Below are positions 18,231 to 20,000 of a stretch of 20,000 nt of DNA, in pieces. Below the pieces are notes generated by a model that was not told where the DNA came from, ran no database searches, and saw only the letters and a list, made by a program, of their open reading frames with translations. The stretch is from an uncultured virus (IMG/VR IMGVR_UViG_2639762883_000003) (taxonomy: Duplodnaviria; Heunggongvirae; Uroviricota; Caudoviricetes), in the IMG/VR virus record IMGVR_UViG_2639762883_000003; one strand, written 5' to 3'. Made by a program: the position numbers and the translations under genes. Each line of letters opens with the position of its first letter. The first letter of the stretch is position 1.

Positions 18231-18514
18231 TGATGGAATTAATCCAATTTATTAACGGTACCACGATTGCGGCAATCGCCGTAGTAACATATCTAGTTGT
18301 TTGGGCGATTAAACAAACTCAATTCAGCAACAAATATTTACCAATTATTGCCCTTGGTGTTGGTGCAGTGATTGGTATTTTTATTGGCATTGCCAATGGC
18401 GATATCAGATGGGTAGCTGGTTTGGTTGATGGTGTGATTGCAGGTGCCGTCAGCGTCGGTGGTAATGAGCTAGCTAAATCGATTGGGACAATGTTTAATG
18501 GAGGTGCAAAATAA
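18230..18514 (+). CDS. Holin
   Basis: 94 aa, three hydrophobic helices, IKQT...NKYLPII motif of Firmicutes phage holins; TAATG overlap with lysin. Confidence 0.85.
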   Translation: MMELIQFINGTTIAAIAVVTYLVVWAIKQTQFSNKYLPIIALGVGAVIGIFIGIANGDIRWVAGLVDGVIAGAVSVGGNELAKSIGTMFNGGAK

Positions 18515-19419
18515 TGAGTTTAAAAGGATTTGATGTAGCCAGTTATCAGGCTGGTATGAATGTAGGCGAAGCTGCAGGCGACTTTGTGTTGGTGAAAGCA
18601 ACCGAGGGTATTGATTATACTAATCCAGAATTTAATGGACACGCAAAGCAGACTTTGTCAGCAAGCAAGAAGCTAGGCGTGTACCACTTTATCCGGAACG
18701 ACTCGGATATTAAGCAGCAGGCTGATTATTTCTTAACAGTTGTTAAGCCATATATTGGTAAAGCAATGCTGGTTCTTGATTTTGAAAACACGACAGGTTC
18801 AACCATCCAGAACCAAGCAGGTGTCGGCTTAGCTAAGCAATGGCTTGATTACGTTTATCAAAAAACCGGTGTCCGACCAGTGCTTTATACGGGGATTAGT
18901 TGTGAGAACTCATTAGATTGGTCATCCGTGGTCAAGGCTAACTATGGATTGTGGATTGCACAGTATAACAACTACAACGTTGTGAATGGCTATCAACCAC
19001 GAGACTTATATGGTAGCTTGAATAACTGGAAGACAGCGGTAATGTTCCAATATACTAGTACTGGACGGTTACCTGGTTGGAATGGCAATCTTGACTTTGA
19101 TGTGTTCTACGGTGACAAAGCTGCCTGGGACAAGTATGCAAAGGCGACTAAATCAAGTAAGCCCGTCTCAAAGTCTAAGCCGGCGGGACCTAAGTGGGTC
19201 AAGGAAACCAAGACTTACACACTTAAGACGGCTGTCAAGCTTCGTACAGGTGCTTCTACAGGCGCTAGCGTGATTGCAGTGTTACCGGCAGGCTCAACAA
19301 TTAAGACTGACCAAGCTATTATTCAGGGTGGCTACCGTTGGGTACGGCAACCACGTTCGAACGGCTATGCTTATATGGCAACTGGCCCAATAGGTAATAC
19401 ATTGGAATACGTAAAGTAA
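18514..19419 (+). CDS. Endolysin, GH25 muramidase with C-terminal SH3b (SH3_5-like) cell-wall-binding domain
   Basis: GFDVASYQ, VKATEG, GVYHF, LDFE (DxE), QYTSTG, LDFD; Lys/Ser/Pro linker; VKLRTGAS...GGYRWVRQ; no N-terminal signal peptide visible. Confidence 0.93.
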   Translation: MSLKGFDVASYQAGMNVGEAAGDFVLVKATEGIDYTNPEFNGHAKQTLSASKKLGVYHFIRNDSDIKQQADYFLTVVKPYIGKAMLVLDFENTTGSTIQNQAGVGLAKQWLDYVYQKTGVRPVLYTGISCENSLDWSSVVKANYGLWIAQYNNYNVVNGYQPRDLYGSLNNWKTAVMFQYTSTGRLPGWNGNLDFDVFYGDKAAWDKYAKATKSSKPVSKSKPAGPKWVKETKTYTLKTAVKLRTGASTGASVIAVLPAGSTIKTDQAIIQGGYRWVRQPRSNGYAYMATGPIGNTLEYVK

Positions 19420-19423
19420 AACG

Positions 19424-19465
19424 AATCCCCACACTGGCTGCAATAGCTAGTGTGGGGATTTTATT
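19424..19465 (+). terminator. Rho-independent terminator of the late operon
   Basis: AATCCCCACACTGGCT-GCAAT-AGCTAGTGTGGGGATT (one G-U pair) followed by TTATT, starting 4 nt after the lysin stop. Confidence 0.85.
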
Positions 19466-19541
19466 GTGCAAAAAATAAGATTGATATAATCAATATATGC
19501 TGATATATCAAGGGGTAGAACGTGCAAAAAACGTGCAAAAA
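19466..19541. repeat. Putative integrase arm-type sites
   Basis: Tandem AACGTGCAAAA at 19519-19529 and 19530-19540; third GTGCAAAAA at 19466-19474; about 110-180 bp from the tRNA 3' end. Confidence 0.55.
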
Positions 19542-19575
19542 CTTTTTATATTCTAGTGTTTTTTAATGAAATATC

Positions 19576-19623
19576 AAAAATAGGAATCTCGCTAAACGTT
19601 GATTTAACGGGATTCCTATTTTT
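19576..19623 (-). terminator. Long hairpin / terminator downstream of the tRNA (possibly bidirectional)
   Basis: AAAAATAGGAATCTCGCTAAA-CGTTGA-TTTAACGGGATTCCTATTTTT: 21-bp arms with 2 differences, A/T runs on both sides. Confidence 0.7.
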
Positions 19624-19649
19624 TAAAAGTGTTCTCTTTAGACTAATTA

Positions 19650-19733
19650 TGCCCCAGGCAGGATTCGAACCTGTACATTGTTTCCAATACAGCGACCTGA
19701 ACGCTGCGCGTCTGCCAGTTCCGCCACTGGGGC
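19650..19733 (-). tRNA. tRNA-Leu(CAG); CCA not encoded; probable prophage integration target
   Basis: Reverse complement folds as a cloverleaf: acceptor GCCCCAG/CTGGGGC, anticodon arm CAGCG-TTCAGGT-CGCTG, long variable arm ATTG-GAAA-CAAT, GGTTCGAATCC T-arm, discriminator A. Confidence 0.96.
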
Positions 19734-19755
19734 AGTTGAATTAACAACAATATTC

Positions 19756-19784
19756 ATTATAGCTAAAAGTGCGAGAAAAATAAA
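19756..19784 (-). promoter_or_regulatory. Putative sigma-A promoter of tRNA-Leu
   Basis: Minus-strand TATAAT (19761-19756), 17-bp spacer, weak -35 TTTATT (19784-19779), AT-rich upstream. Confidence 0.5.
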
Positions 19785-19923
19785 CCTTTTTCTATATTTA
19801 TGCAGTAATTTTCATCACTGATAAGAAAAAAAGCCGATAAGTAGGTTTGTGAGTGTTACATCAGCTCAGTATCTTTAACTTACAATGAAATCACGACCAA
19901 TAAACAACCAGATGCTTTGGACC

Positions 19924-19975
19924 AAAAAAAGCTTCTCCCCGCTATCATCCACTTCGATGATAGCAGGGAAAAGCT
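19924..19975 (-). terminator. Rho-independent terminator of a host minus-strand gene beyond the window
   Basis: Minus-strand RNA AGCUUUUCCCUGCUAUCAUC-GAAGUG-GAUGAUAGCGGGGAGAAGCU then a U-run; the mismatches become G-U pairs only on the minus strand. Confidence 0.8.
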
Positions 19976-20000
19976 GTTGTCGTTTGTATCTAAATTCCAT

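Larger units (their letters stand above)
1..19649 (+). mobile_element. Prophage (siphovirus, HK97-fold head, ClpP-type protease), late region; left part lies outside the window
   Basis: Continuous co-oriented packaging-head-neck-tail-lysis gene order ending at the 3' end of a tRNA gene; exact boundary not determinable from this window. Confidence 0.95.

Noticed and set aside
18230..18235. Holin ATG-ATG as a lambda S105/S107 dual-start motif
   Set aside because: No charged residue between the two Met codons, so the antiholin mechanism is unsupported
19556..19744. 62-aa plus-strand ORF
   Set aside because: Antisense to tRNA-Leu and spans a terminator hairpin
19420..20000. CRISPR array, moron or defence gene after the lysin
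   Set aside because: No regularly spaced repeats and no credible ORF; the region is explained by terminators, att-like motifs and the tRNA

Overview
The window holds the late (morphogenesis and lysis) half of an apparently intact siphovirus-type prophage of a low-GC Gram-positive host, probably Lactobacillaceae (inferred from gene content and SD style). The + strand carries the 3' end of terminase large subunit, portal, ClpP-type prohead protease, HK97-fold major capsid, four head-tail/neck genes, major tail, tail assembly chaperone, tape measure (1514 aa), Dit, a 1628-aa multi-module tail tip protein, two small proteins, three membrane proteins including a holin, and a GH25-SH3b endolysin. 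After the lysin come a terminator, att-like repeats and a minus-strand tRNA-Leu(CAG), the probable integration site. The main signals missing from the ORF track are two candidate programmed -1 frameshifts. One is at the last capsid codons (G GGA AAA TAG plus a perfect 7-bp hairpin) and would add a 45-aa HeH/LEM-like module to the capsid protein. The other is the lambda G/GT-type chaperone shift (C CCA AAA AAG), which would add 90 aa. Also notable: a 30-aa-period repeat array in the tape measure, an 840-bp-offset module duplication in the tail tip gene, and an A-C mismatch in the tRNA T-stem that may mark a phage-supplied 3' end.
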